The notes under the pieces are model-generated. The model made no database searches and was not told where the DNA came from. It saw nothing but the letters and a program-made list of their open reading frames with translations. 64,000 nucleotides of DNA from Anaerohalosphaeraceae bacterium (lineage in GTDB: Bacteria > Planctomycetota > Phycisphaerae > Sedimentisphaerales > Anaerohalosphaeraceae). The position numbers were made by a program, and so were the translations under genes. Each line of letters opens with the position of its first letter. Within the stretch, counting starts at the first letter, position 1. Shown piece by piece: positions 37,349 through 46,441 of the stretch. The DNA is taken from NCBI GenBank assembly GCA_050309605.1, contig JBNRMN010000021.1:46743-110742 (forward strand). Direction: 5' to 3'.

Positions 37349-38242
37349 ATGGCTGCTCCAACAACCATTCTGATCAGTGGTTCGACCGGTTTTATCGGTT
37401 CGGCGGCGGCAACGCATTTTCAGTCTGCCGGACATACGATACTCCGTTTGAGTCGTTCGCCCGGCAAGAACGCGGTAAGCTGGCAGCCGTTGGCCGGCCG
37501 GATGGACGCCCTGCCGGATCATGTGGAAGCCGTGGTGCATTTGGCCGGGGAGAACATATTCGGACGGTGGACGAAACGTAAGAAAGAACGCATCTACGCC
37601 AGCCGTGTGCACGGCACGACCCTGCTGGCCGACCATATCGCCGCGATGAAATACAAGCCAAAGGTGCTCATCTGCGCATCGGCGGTGGGGTACTACGGCG
37701 ACAGCGGCGATGCGATCCTGACCGAGCAATCGCCGCCGGGGGACGGCTTTTTAAGCCGGGTCTGTCGTGATTGGGAAACGGCGGCAGAATCCGCTCGTCA
37801 GGCAGGAATTCGCACTGTCCATCTTCGGCTGGGTATGGTCCTGGACAAAAACGGCGGCGCATTGGCCGCAATGCTGCCGGTCTTCAAACTGGGTCTGGGC
37901 GGCGTGCTCGGCGGCGGAACGCAGTGGGTCAGTTGGATTTCGCGGGCGGATGTGATTCGAATCATCGACTTTGCAATCCAAACCGAAACACTCAGCGGTC
38001 CGGTGAATGCCGTCTCGCCGCAGCCGGTACAAAATCGTCTATTGACTCGGACACTCGGACGGCTGCTGCATCGCCCGACGTTTCTGTCGGCGCCGGCGGC
38101 TGTCCTGCGGCTGGGGTTGGGCGATTTTGCACAGGAAACACTGCTGGCTTCTTCGCGCGCCGTTCCTGAACAACTGCTCAAGGCGGGTTTTGTGTTTACA
38201 CACCCCACACTGGAGGAGGCTGTATCGGCAGCCATTTCATAA
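37349..38242 (+). CDS. TIGR01777-family NAD-dependent epimerase/oxidoreductase
   Basis: ISGSTGFIG, VHLAGENI, SAVGYYG, LGLGG..GGGTQWVSWI, GPVNAVSP. Confidence 0.9.
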   Translation: MAAPTTILISGSTGFIGSAAATHFQSAGHTILRLSRSPGKNAVSWQPLAGRMDALPDHVEAVVHLAGENIFGRWTKRKKERIYASRVHGTTLLADHIAAMKYKPKVLICASAVGYYGDSGDAILTEQSPPGDGFLSRVCRDWETAAESARQAGIRTVHLRLGMVLDKNGGALAAMLPVFKLGLGGVLGGGTQWVSWISRADVIRIIDFAIQTETLSGPVNAVSPQPVQNRLLTRTLGRLLHRPTFLSAPAAVLRLGLGDFAQETLLASSRAVPEQLLKAGFVFTHPTLEEAVSAAIS

Positions 38243-38272
38243 AAAAACGGCGCTGAATGGCAGCGCCGCTTT
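38241..38272. terminator. Likely bidirectional intrinsic terminator between convergent genes
   Basis: A7-CGGCGCTG-aatgg-CAGCGCCG-cttt. Confidence 0.7.
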
Positions 38273-38293
38273 GAGATCAAATTGACGCCGAAT

Positions 38294-40081
38294 TTATATG
38301 GCGATCATCTTTGCGGAATGTCTTTTTTTAACCGCTTTGTTCAGGCTCTTAAGGACATATTTTTGCACGACGGCGTCCCAGCCCATATGACGGGCAAGCT
38401 CGTAGCCGCTTTTAATCATTCGGTCGGCTTCCTGGTCGGTCTTGGGCAGCCGCGCACAAATTTCCAGCGCCACTTTACCACTGATTTTGTGTTCGATGCG
38501 GTCGCGGTAGGCGCGATCAATACGAAGCATCTCTTCGATTTCAAGCCCTGCATCGCCGTTTAGCTCAGTATAGTCGGCGGTTATCACATTGGCGACGGGT
38601 TTGCCGCCGGAGATCGCCCTGACAAAGCCGGCACAACCGCAGACATTGGTCACGACACAGAGTCCGCCGAAACACAGCGGCTCAAGCTGCGCAATGCCGA
38701 AAGGCTCATAAATGCTTTGACCGAATTCCACATCACTGCCCTTGCGGATGTCCATAAATTCCATTTCAGCCGGCATCCGCGCGCCGCAGCAGGCCCGCGT
38801 AAAACCGAACTGATTGATAAAGATAACCTTGATATTACGACTGCGGGCGTTGAATTCCTGCACCCCCGCATAATAAGCCGCCTCGCCGCCGGATAAATCG
38901 GGCATCCCCTCACGATGAGCAACCGGCCAGTTGTATGCCGCTTCCATCTCATAAATATCGCGATCACGACGTTTGTGCGTCTCAGTGCTGAGCACCAGCA
39001 AAACGCCGGTCTTGTTGAGGGCGGCAAACTCGCGATCCATATGTTCCAGGACGCGCAGGTCCCGCCACAGTCCCTTGCTGAGTACCAGACGAGTTACGTG
39101 CGTAAACACAAAGTCAGGTTTCCAGCCGAGCAGATTTTCGCAATACTGACGAAGCCGATTGCGCGATTCATACCGCTCGGCCAGACTGATTTGATAGGCC
39201 GGGATGCCGTTGTAGGTCAGATCAATATCGGCAATTTTGAACTCCGGCGATAAAAATTGAAGCTCCTGGACCACACAATCGCCCACCGCCAGCACATTGT
39301 CGCAATGGCGCGCAGCCTCCACCAAAGCATACTTGAAATTGTGAGTCTGATCGCCGAATATATCGTTGACGTAAAAGTCATTTTGTGCTGCCTTATGCAT
39401 CACATTATAAAACATCGTATCGTGGCCGGGATGGCTTTCGACGATGCCGCGCATCGGAGCAACTTCGTGGGCATAAAAGACCGTCTTGAAATCAAACGGA
39501 TCGAGAATCCCCGCCAGCGCCGCAGGCATTCCCATAAATTCGTGCGATACAAGAATAGTCTGTCGGTCGCGCTCGGCGGCGCCGATGGCCTTCAACGCAG
39601 CCATCGCGGGAATCGCCAATCGGACGTACTGTTCATATTCCCAGTACTGCTCATAAAGATTGCTGCGAATACCGAATTCACGGAACAAGGCCCCCTTGAA
39701 TTCGTTGATATATCGCTGCTCCATCCGCGTGATATCCACCAACAGCACTTCCGGATGGCTCTGTATGCCGGTCATCGGATCGACGAATTTTCGCCGCCCA
39801 TAGACAATGTTGACATTGAACATATTTTCGATGCGGCGAAAGCTCGACATATAACTGCTGCGCACCAGACCGTCCAGCGAGGAGTACAACACCTCGCCTC
39901 CCGGACCCAGCCGATGGGAAATGTCTCCTTCAGATGAAAACAGCGGACTGACCAAAATCGTTCGCGCCACGGCTTGGTCATAGGCCCGACTGGTGAACAT
40001 TCCGTCAAGGACGGCGCCGATGCCGCCGATTTTTCCCGTCGCCTCATGGGTGACATGCACAACCGTTGGTTTCTGATTCAT
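38294..40081 (-). CDS. GT3-like (eukaryote-type) glycogen synthase / alpha-glucan glycosyltransferase
   Basis: HEATGKIGGIGAV resembles GT3 WEVANKVGGIYTV; SIYEPFGIAQLE..CVVTNVCG resembles SYYEPWGYTPAE..TTNVSG; start 40081 or 40111. Confidence 0.65.
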   Translation of the reverse strand: MNQKPTVVHVTHEATGKIGGIGAVLDGMFTSRAYDQAVARTILVSPLFSSEGDISHRLGPGGEVLYSSLDGLVRSSYMSSFRRIENMFNVNIVYGRRKFVDPMTGIQSHPEVLLVDITRMEQRYINEFKGALFREFGIRSNLYEQYWEYEQYVRLAIPAMAALKAIGAAERDRQTILVSHEFMGMPAALAGILDPFDFKTVFYAHEVAPMRGIVESHPGHDTMFYNVMHKAAQNDFYVNDIFGDQTHNFKYALVEAARHCDNVLAVGDCVVQELQFLSPEFKIADIDLTYNGIPAYQISLAERYESRNRLRQYCENLLGWKPDFVFTHVTRLVLSKGLWRDLRVLEHMDREFAALNKTGVLLVLSTETHKRRDRDIYEMEAAYNWPVAHREGMPDLSGGEAAYYAGVQEFNARSRNIKVIFINQFGFTRACCGARMPAEMEFMDIRKGSDVEFGQSIYEPFGIAQLEPLCFGGLCVVTNVCGCAGFVRAISGGKPVANVITADYTELNGDAGLEIEEMLRIDRAYRDRIEHKISGKVALEICARLPKTDQEADRMIKSGYELARHMGWDAVVQKYVLKSLNKAVKKRHSAKMIAI

Positions 40082-40397
40082 CTGTGTGCCCTCGTTTTCG
40101 CCATTTACCATTATCTCTACGCTGTCGAATCAAGTCAGTTGATACCTTTCGCCATATAAAATATAGGGTAAAATCGACCCGCTGCCAACTGCCTCTTGAG
40201 GTGTTTTTACGGAAAAACGTGATGATGATTCCGCTGGTATTCAAAACGGTGATTTTATCGGATTGTCAGGAAAATTTTATTAAAAATTTTTGTAGAATTC
40301 GGTTTTACAGTATTGAAAGTCTCATTTTTAGCATCACACCGTAAAGCACCTTTGGGCCGATAATAAAGCGATTTTCAGACCTATTGTGTTTTTTGTC

Positions 40398-41273
40398 TCA
40401 GGCGTTAAAACAAGACAAAAATGCGTCTTTGAGCCAGTCGATCAGATCGGTTGCCGTGAGACTGATTTGTCCCAGTTTGTCGGCGGCCAAGTCGCCGGCC
40501 AGACCGTGCACATACACCCCCAGCACAGCGGCGTCGAAACGGTTCATTCCCTGGCCGCACAGCGCCGCAATGACGCCGGTCAGGACATCACCCGCTCCGC
40601 CGGTGGCCATGCCGGGATTGCCGGTCGTGTTGACATAGTATCGGCTGCCGTCAGTGACAACGGTACCGGCGCCCTTGAGGACCACGATACAATCAGTCTG
40701 CTCGGCCAAACGGACCGCCTGTTCCACTCGATCCGCAGGCATCGACTCGCGACATACGCCGTGCCACAAACGCCGCATCTCACCGGGGTGAGGCGTCAGG
40801 ATGGGGCGCGCCTTTTTGGTCTGAATCCAGCAGCCCGCCCCGCACATCGCGGCGAGCACATTCAAACCGTCGGCGTCAATGACCAGCGGCAGGTCTTCTA
40901 TACTCAGCAAGGCCGACACACACTGCCGCACCCCCCTGCCGGTTCCTGCGCCCGGGCCAAAGGCCGCCACGTCATTGTCTCGGGCACATCGAACAAGCTC
41001 GCAAGCCGCCTGCTCGTCGCATTGACCCGATTCATCTTCCGGCAGAGTCAGTGTGGTATAGCACGGGTCCAGGGCGGCCACAATCGGCTGAATCGAACGC
41101 GGCACGGCCGCACAGACCAGACCGGCTCCGCTGCGCAGCGCCGCTTTGGCCGCCAGCGCGGGCGCCCCGCTGAAACCCCGACTGCCGCCGACAATCAAGA
41201 CTTTGCCAAATGTCCCTTTATGGCCGTCGGCCGGTCGTTTGGAAAGTTTCGGTATTGCGAGTTGTTGTTTCAT
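40398..41273 (-). CDS. nnrD: ADP-dependent NAD(P)H-hydrate dehydratase
   Basis: HKGTFGKVLIVGGS, GAGLV, VIDADGLN, LTPHPGEM, VLKGAGT, GMATGGAGDVLTG. Confidence 0.93.
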   Translation of the reverse strand: MKQQLAIPKLSKRPADGHKGTFGKVLIVGGSRGFSGAPALAAKAALRSGAGLVCAAVPRSIQPIVAALDPCYTTLTLPEDESGQCDEQAACELVRCARDNDVAAFGPGAGTGRGVRQCVSALLSIEDLPLVIDADGLNVLAAMCGAGCWIQTKKARPILTPHPGEMRRLWHGVCRESMPADRVEQAVRLAEQTDCIVVLKGAGTVVTDGSRYYVNTTGNPGMATGGAGDVLTGVIAALCGQGMNRFDAAVLGVYVHGLAGDLAADKLGQISLTATDLIDWLKDAFLSCFNA

Positions 41274-41328
41274 TGTTTTTTATCAGGTGAGCTATTCTGG
41301 CTATTACCGCAATCAATCAACCCAATTA

Positions 41329-42087
41329 TCATAAACCAAGCATTTTTGATAAAATACGAATAGACTTTTTGGTATAATGTTGTAGATAACTGCCCAACCC
41401 GACTCGCTGAACAAATACTTTTGTTTCTGTTTTAATATCAGATACATTAACAGCTTCCGATTGGTTTATTTTTTGGGCATATGCCCAATTGTCTCTAATA
41501 ATAAAATTGCCAAAATCAGGATGCGGCTTAACAAGCAGCTCATATATTTTTCTGACCTGAGGAGTATCTCGTTGATCCTTCGGCATTTTTTTCACATTTT
41601 CATTATCGGCCATACTTTGACCGAAAGTCCAATCAAGATCATCAAAAATAATCCATCCGCCGCTTTTCAGCAGTTGATTGACAAGGAAAAAGGCAAACCC
41701 ATCCGTTGCCCACGTATGGGCACCATCGATATAACACAAATCATACTTCGGACCTGAAGAAACTTCAATCATTTTCATCAATCGCCATAGATACGAGGTG
41801 GGTTCGTAGAAAATTTCCACATACTGTTCCAGCCTCAAACCCTTGACAAGTTGTTCAATATTGGGGTGAAATGTTTTGGCAATCTCCAAATCAATGGTGG
41901 TTACGCATCCGGTACCTAACTCATCCAAAGCACCGGCTATATAACAGGTTGATACACCGTGTTTAAATCCCAGCTCAAGCACTTGTGTGGACTGATTTTT
42001 CAGGATGAACTCGGTCAGGGTCTTTGCCTGTTCATAGTTCATCACAGGAATGCCCTCCACTTTATACCGAATCTTGTCAATATGCAT
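41329..42087 (-). CDS. Class I SAM-dependent methyltransferase (Methyltransf_24-like), low GC
   Basis: VLELGFKHGVST, TTID, YDLCYIDGAH, LKSGGWIIFDD. Confidence 0.82.
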   Translation of the reverse strand: MHIDKIRYKVEGIPVMNYEQAKTLTEFILKNQSTQVLELGFKHGVSTCYIAGALDELGTGCVTTIDLEIAKTFHPNIEQLVKGLRLEQYVEIFYEPTSYLWRLMKMIEVSSGPKYDLCYIDGAHTWATDGFAFFLVNQLLKSGGWIIFDDLDWTFGQSMADNENVKKMPKDQRDTPQVRKIYELLVKPHPDFGNFIIRDNWAYAQKINQSEAVNVSDIKTETKVFVQRVGLGSYLQHYTKKSIRILSKMLGL

Positions 42088-42214
42088 AAATGCTCTCTAT
42101 TCCCGCGTGAAGGCGATTCTTAACGGCTGTATCAAGAATACCCTGTCTGTTTGGTGATTACCCTTTTTCACAGAATACATTTGTCCGTAATTAGGTGTCT
42201 CATCGGGTGATGTA

Positions 42215-43873
42215 CTATTCTCCGGTCACCACGCTGCTGTTCATCCAGTTCGCTGCGATCAGCGCCACATCGGCCAAATCGACAACACAATCCTGATTGA
42301 TATCTCCTACCGGATAGGCCGGACAGGAAGGCGTACTTTCAAAATGCGTCAACACAACACGGCCCTCCTCATACAGCACCTCAAAACGCCCGTCCTGAAA
42401 CAGATAATGCGACGCAGCGTTAAGAAAACGTCCTTCGACCGTTCTCGCATCAATGATCACAAATTCATCGTCATAGGCCGGAACAAATCCCTCTTCCAAA
42501 CGCACTTCAAGCCGTCCGTCAAGGATCGCCGTGCCGTCGTCCTGATTCGGCAAAACCAGGCCGCCATAATCCCAATACGCCTCCGTTCCGCCGAGACTGA
42601 TGCTCAATCTGCCGGTCGCATACTGGACATAGTTATAGTGAATCTCCAGCGCCTTCCAGTCGCCGACGGCGCCGGGAGCAACCACGCCGCTTTCGTTTTC
42701 GACGTCGGCCCAAATCCACCCCCAGCCTTCGAGCGTTCCGCCTTTAAGCCGCAGCGAATTGGCCCGATGTTCGTCATAGTGCATCAAGATCGCCCCGCCG
42801 TTCATTCGCACCGTCCCCCGCGGCCAGACGACCAGATAATCCCCTTCCTGAGGGGCGCAGGTCAGATCGGCATAAATGGAACTGAACGGATCGTCCTCAA
42901 AATAGAGCAGCCCCGCCCCGCCGGCGTCGCTGAGATTGCCGCCGACGGCAAGCGACCCGGCTACATCAACCCATGAGTCGTCATAGATGTTAAGCTGCCC
43001 GCGGCTGCCGGCCTGTTCAGCGATAAGCGTCGGGCCTGCGCTGTACAGCATGGCATCGGTCAGGTTGATTTGGCCGTGTCCTTCGGCGCCGATAATCAGC
43101 GAGGCATAATCGTCGTCAATCTCCGCCGCCAATTCGGTCTCGTATCCATTGCCGTCAACATCAATAACCGCCGACGCCTCCGGAAATAAACCTATATCCA
43201 GATACCCCGTCAGCATCGCGGCTCCATCGGACAGGCTCATTGTGGACCACCCTTCAAGTGCCATTCCAAACCAGCCGTCCACATACCATTCGGTGTCCAC
43301 GCCGCTGATCTCAATATAAGCCTCATCCTCCGGAAAGTTGGCGCTGAAGCCCTCGCCGTGGGCCAGTACTGCCTGGTCCCGAAGTGAAAAATCCGCCGTC
43401 CCGCCGTCGGCAATAAAGAACCCGCCCCATTGATCGTCCCTATATACATACCATTCCGTCCCCTGACCGTGTACATCCACGCGGGCCGCCGATCCGGGAT
43501 TCCAGCAGAGATGCACATCAGCCGAGTCCAGCCAGCCGCCGTAAACCTCCATCGCACTGTCCAGATTTTCGCCGATCATCACGGCGTAAGCATCGTATTT
43601 TCCTTCAATCTGATAATAATAACCGTCCAGATTCAGCGCAAGCTGCGAACCGTCCACCCGCAGCCGATCATGAATCACATCGTCGGTCAAATAAACCGTA
43701 TAGGCATTCGGCAGTAAAAAATCGGCAAAATCATCGCTGCCGGGGATGCCAGAGGGTGTCCAGTTGGCCGAATTGTTCATCGCGCCGCCCGCGGGCGCGT
43801 TCCACTGGTAAACATCGGCATTCACGACGGCAAAAAACGCCGGAAGAACAAGACATATTAGACGTGTTTTCAT
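42215..43873 (-). CDS. Secreted beta-helix / autotransporter-passenger-like protein with dockerin-like C-terminus
   Basis: Signal peptide; repeated G-rich beta motifs (ISGVDTEWYV, GGTLEGWG..VENESGVVAPG); GDINQDCVVDLADVALIAANW; no beta-barrel. Confidence 0.7.
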   Translation of the reverse strand: MKTRLICLVLPAFFAVVNADVYQWNAPAGGAMNNSANWTPSGIPGSDDFADFLLPNAYTVYLTDDVIHDRLRVDGSQLALNLDGYYYQIEGKYDAYAVMIGENLDSAMEVYGGWLDSADVHLCWNPGSAARVDVHGQGTEWYVYRDDQWGGFFIADGGTADFSLRDQAVLAHGEGFSANFPEDEAYIEISGVDTEWYVDGWFGMALEGWSTMSLSDGAAMLTGYLDIGLFPEASAVIDVDGNGYETELAAEIDDDYASLIIGAEGHGQINLTDAMLYSAGPTLIAEQAGSRGQLNIYDDSWVDVAGSLAVGGNLSDAGGAGLLYFEDDPFSSIYADLTCAPQEGDYLVVWPRGTVRMNGGAILMHYDEHRANSLRLKGGTLEGWGWIWADVENESGVVAPGAVGDWKALEIHYNYVQYATGRLSISLGGTEAYWDYGGLVLPNQDDGTAILDGRLEVRLEEGFVPAYDDEFVIIDARTVEGRFLNAASHYLFQDGRFEVLYEEGRVVLTHFESTPSCPAYPVGDINQDCVVDLADVALIAANWMNSSVVTGE

Positions 43874-43946
43874 CTTTCTACCCACCCTTCGCCGTTATCG
43901 GCTTCTATTGGAAAGCATCAATCTTATGTTAAATAACTCGACCTAA

Positions 43947-43976
43947 ATTATACAATTTTTCACAGGTAAAAGTCAA
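43947..43976 (-). promoter_or_regulatory. Putative sigma70 promoter for the secreted beta-helix gene
   Basis: Minus strand TTGACT-18 nt-TATAAT. Confidence 0.5.
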
Positions 43977-44029
43977 GTGCGGGCTTCCTGTTTTCTGATA
44001 TATAGACCTGGAATGCCCGATTAAAACAG

Positions 44030-45070
44030 TCAGCCGGTTGCCTTCGGCTCCAGACTCATCGGGGCAAACAGGCCGGCCCGATATTTGTGGTAAGCCAGCG
44101 CGGCAATCATCGCGGCGTTATCCGTACAGAGCCGTTTATGGGCAATCAGCAGCCGCAGGTGTTGTCGTGCCGCCAGCGATTCCATCGCCTGTCTCAGTGC
44201 GCCGTTGGCGGCTACCCCACCGCCGATGAGAATGGTCTTGGCGCCGACTTGTACAACCGCCCGCCGGGTCTTTTCCACCAGCACATCCACCACCGCGGCC
44301 TGAAATGAGGCGGCAATATCGGCGATGTCCTGCGGCGACATTGCAGGAACTCGATTTTGCCCTTTCATATCCTGTCCCTGACAGTGATACAGCACGGCGG
44401 TTTTGAGGCCGCTGAACGAAAAATCAAGCGATGTCTTACCCAGCAGCGTCCGCGGAAAAGCAATCGCGTTGGGGTTGCCCTGACGGGCGGCTTTTTCAAT
44501 GCTCGGCCCTCCCGGATACGGCAGATTCAAAATGGCTGCGACTTTGTCAAAGGCTTCTCCGGCGGCGTCATCAATCGTCTTGCCCAACAGCTTCAGTTCA
44601 AGGCAGGACTCGGCATCATACAGGTTCGTATGGCCGCCGGACACAATCAGCGCCGCCGCAGGCAGTTCAATCGTATCGGCCTGTTCCAGCATCGCCGATT
44701 GAAAATGCGCGTGAATATGATTGACGGCAATCAACGGCTTTTGCCACGCCCAGGCCAGCGCTTTGGCCGCTGTAACACCCACCATCAGCGCAATGGTCAA
44801 CCCCGGCTGATTGGCGACAGCCACCGCGGCAAGCTGCTCAGGCACGACATCCGCCTGTTCCATCGCGTTGCGCACAACAGGCAAAATCTGCTCCACGTGG
44901 GCGCGCGACGCAATCTCCGGCACCACCCCGCCGAAACGTTCGTGCAGCCGGGTCTGGGAAGCCACGACGGAGGACTTGATCTGACATCCGTTGCTGACCA
45001 CCGCCGCGGCGGTTTCATCGCAACTGGTCTCGATGGCAAGAATCAGCGTCTCATTGGTTTGTTTAGTCAT
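44030..45070 (-). CDS. tsaD: tRNA N6-adenosine threonylcarbamoyltransferase
   Basis: LAIETSCDETAAA, GGVVPEIASRAH, HIHAH, VSGGHT, DDAAGEAFDKVA, GGVAAN, CTDNAAMIA. Confidence 0.96.
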   Translation of the reverse strand: MTKQTNETLILAIETSCDETAAAVVSNGCQIKSSVVASQTRLHERFGGVVPEIASRAHVEQILPVVRNAMEQADVVPEQLAAVAVANQPGLTIALMVGVTAAKALAWAWQKPLIAVNHIHAHFQSAMLEQADTIELPAAALIVSGGHTNLYDAESCLELKLLGKTIDDAAGEAFDKVAAILNLPYPGGPSIEKAARQGNPNAIAFPRTLLGKTSLDFSFSGLKTAVLYHCQGQDMKGQNRVPAMSPQDIADIAASFQAAVVDVLVEKTRRAVVQVGAKTILIGGGVAANGALRQAMESLAARQHLRLLIAHKRLCTDNAAMIAALAYHKYRAGLFAPMSLEPKATG

Positions 45071-45127
45071 AAGGGATACTCGCGAATGCCTTTCGCAAAA
45101 GGGGAACAACAAAACACACACGTCGTG

Positions 45128-45340
45128 TCAATCGGCATCCGAAGACGATTGTGGGTCGGCAGACTCGCCGCCCGGTTCGGCACAGACCCTGTACCGCTCG
45201 TCCAGCCACGCGCCCAAATCAATCAGACGACACCGCTCGCTGCAAAATGGAAAGAACGGCGCGTTAATGTGTTTTTTGCCGTCATCGGCCGTGGTGACCG
45301 ACGGAATCACTTTACCACAAATGGGACATTGATACGTCAT
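45128..45340 (-). CDS. yacG: DNA gyrase inhibitor YacG
   Basis: CPICGK...PFCSERCRLIDLGAWLDERY. Confidence 0.9.
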   Translation of the reverse strand: MTYQCPICGKVIPSVTTADDGKKHINAPFFPFCSERCRLIDLGAWLDERYRVCAEPGGESADPQSSSDAD

Positions 45341-45407
45341 CGTACAATCGTGTTTTCAATGGATAATCGCCTGTCTGCTTACTCATCCCGTGATCGATCA
45401 TTGTCCT

Positions 45408-46184
45408 TTAATGAAAGTACGGCTCATCCTCTTCGTAATCCTGCTCTAACAGTTCTTCTTCATCGTCGGCTTCGGTTAGCAGGGACATATAACGGCCGTT
45501 CGAAAAGTCATTGTGGGTCGATTCAGCGACTTGGCCGTTTTCAATCATCTCGGCATATCGTACGCTGTATCTGGCCCAGGGGAACGCCTCCAGCCGGGGT
45601 TTGGGAATTGGCTCGCCAGTGCCTTCGCACATCCCGTACGTTCCTTCCTCAATCCGTTTCAGCGCCAGCAGGATTTCCTGCACCGTCTTGCGTTCATTGG
45701 TCATCAATCCAAGGGTGAATTCCTGTTCATAATTATCGCTTCCGATGTCGGCCATATGAATTGGCATGCTGGACAGATCGCCGGCGGCATCCTGACGTGA
45801 TTTTTTCAGAAATTCATTTTCAATATAATCCACATCACCGGTGATTTCCTTCAGTTTGTCGATTAAAATCAGCCGGAAATGCTTCAACTCGGCTTTCGAG
45901 AGATAAGTTTTAATTTTTTTAGGTACGGTTTGTTGTGTTTTAGTCGCATCGACCGTATTGGATGTCTTTGCCGAAGCACGCTGTGCTGGCGGCTTTTGTT
46001 TTGCCGAGGCAGGTCTTTTTTTTGAAACGGCTTTATTTTTTATCGATTTTTTGGCCGCTTTTTTGGCCGTTTTCTTAACGGTCCGGGTGGATTTTGGGGC
46101 TTTTTCAGCCGTCAACTTTGAAGTTTTTGTTTTTTTGGAGGCTTTCGATGCAGTCGCCTTTTTTTTGGTAACCTTTTTTGCCAC
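45408..46184 (-). CDS. dksA: DksA/TraR-family RNA polymerase-binding protein with K/A-rich N-terminal extension
   Basis: Coiled coil with HMADIGSD, ALKRIEEGTYGMCEGTGEPIPKPRLEAFPWAR. Confidence 0.85.
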   Translation of the reverse strand: MAKKVTKKKATASKASKKTKTSKLTAEKAPKSTRTVKKTAKKAAKKSIKNKAVSKKRPASAKQKPPAQRASAKTSNTVDATKTQQTVPKKIKTYLSKAELKHFRLILIDKLKEITGDVDYIENEFLKKSRQDAAGDLSSMPIHMADIGSDNYEQEFTLGLMTNERKTVQEILLALKRIEEGTYGMCEGTGEPIPKPRLEAFPWARYSVRYAEMIENGQVAESTHNDFSNGRYMSLLTEADDEEELLEQDYEEDEPYFH

Positions 46185-46441
46185 AGGAATTTACCCTTCA
46201 ATCACCGGTTTTTGAATTCAGATCTGCCGCTCACATAACAAAGGTTTAGCCCTTTATTATATCTCATCATTCAAGCGAATGGAATGGAAATTATAAAACA
46301 AATAAACAGACCGACGCTGTCTTTTTACGGGCATAATTTTGTGTTGACGCCCCCCGATTTTTCTGCATACTGACAGGCGCACGATAGGCCCTGTCAATTT
46401 AACCCAATTGAAGAAACAACGTACAGGATAAGGAGATTGCA

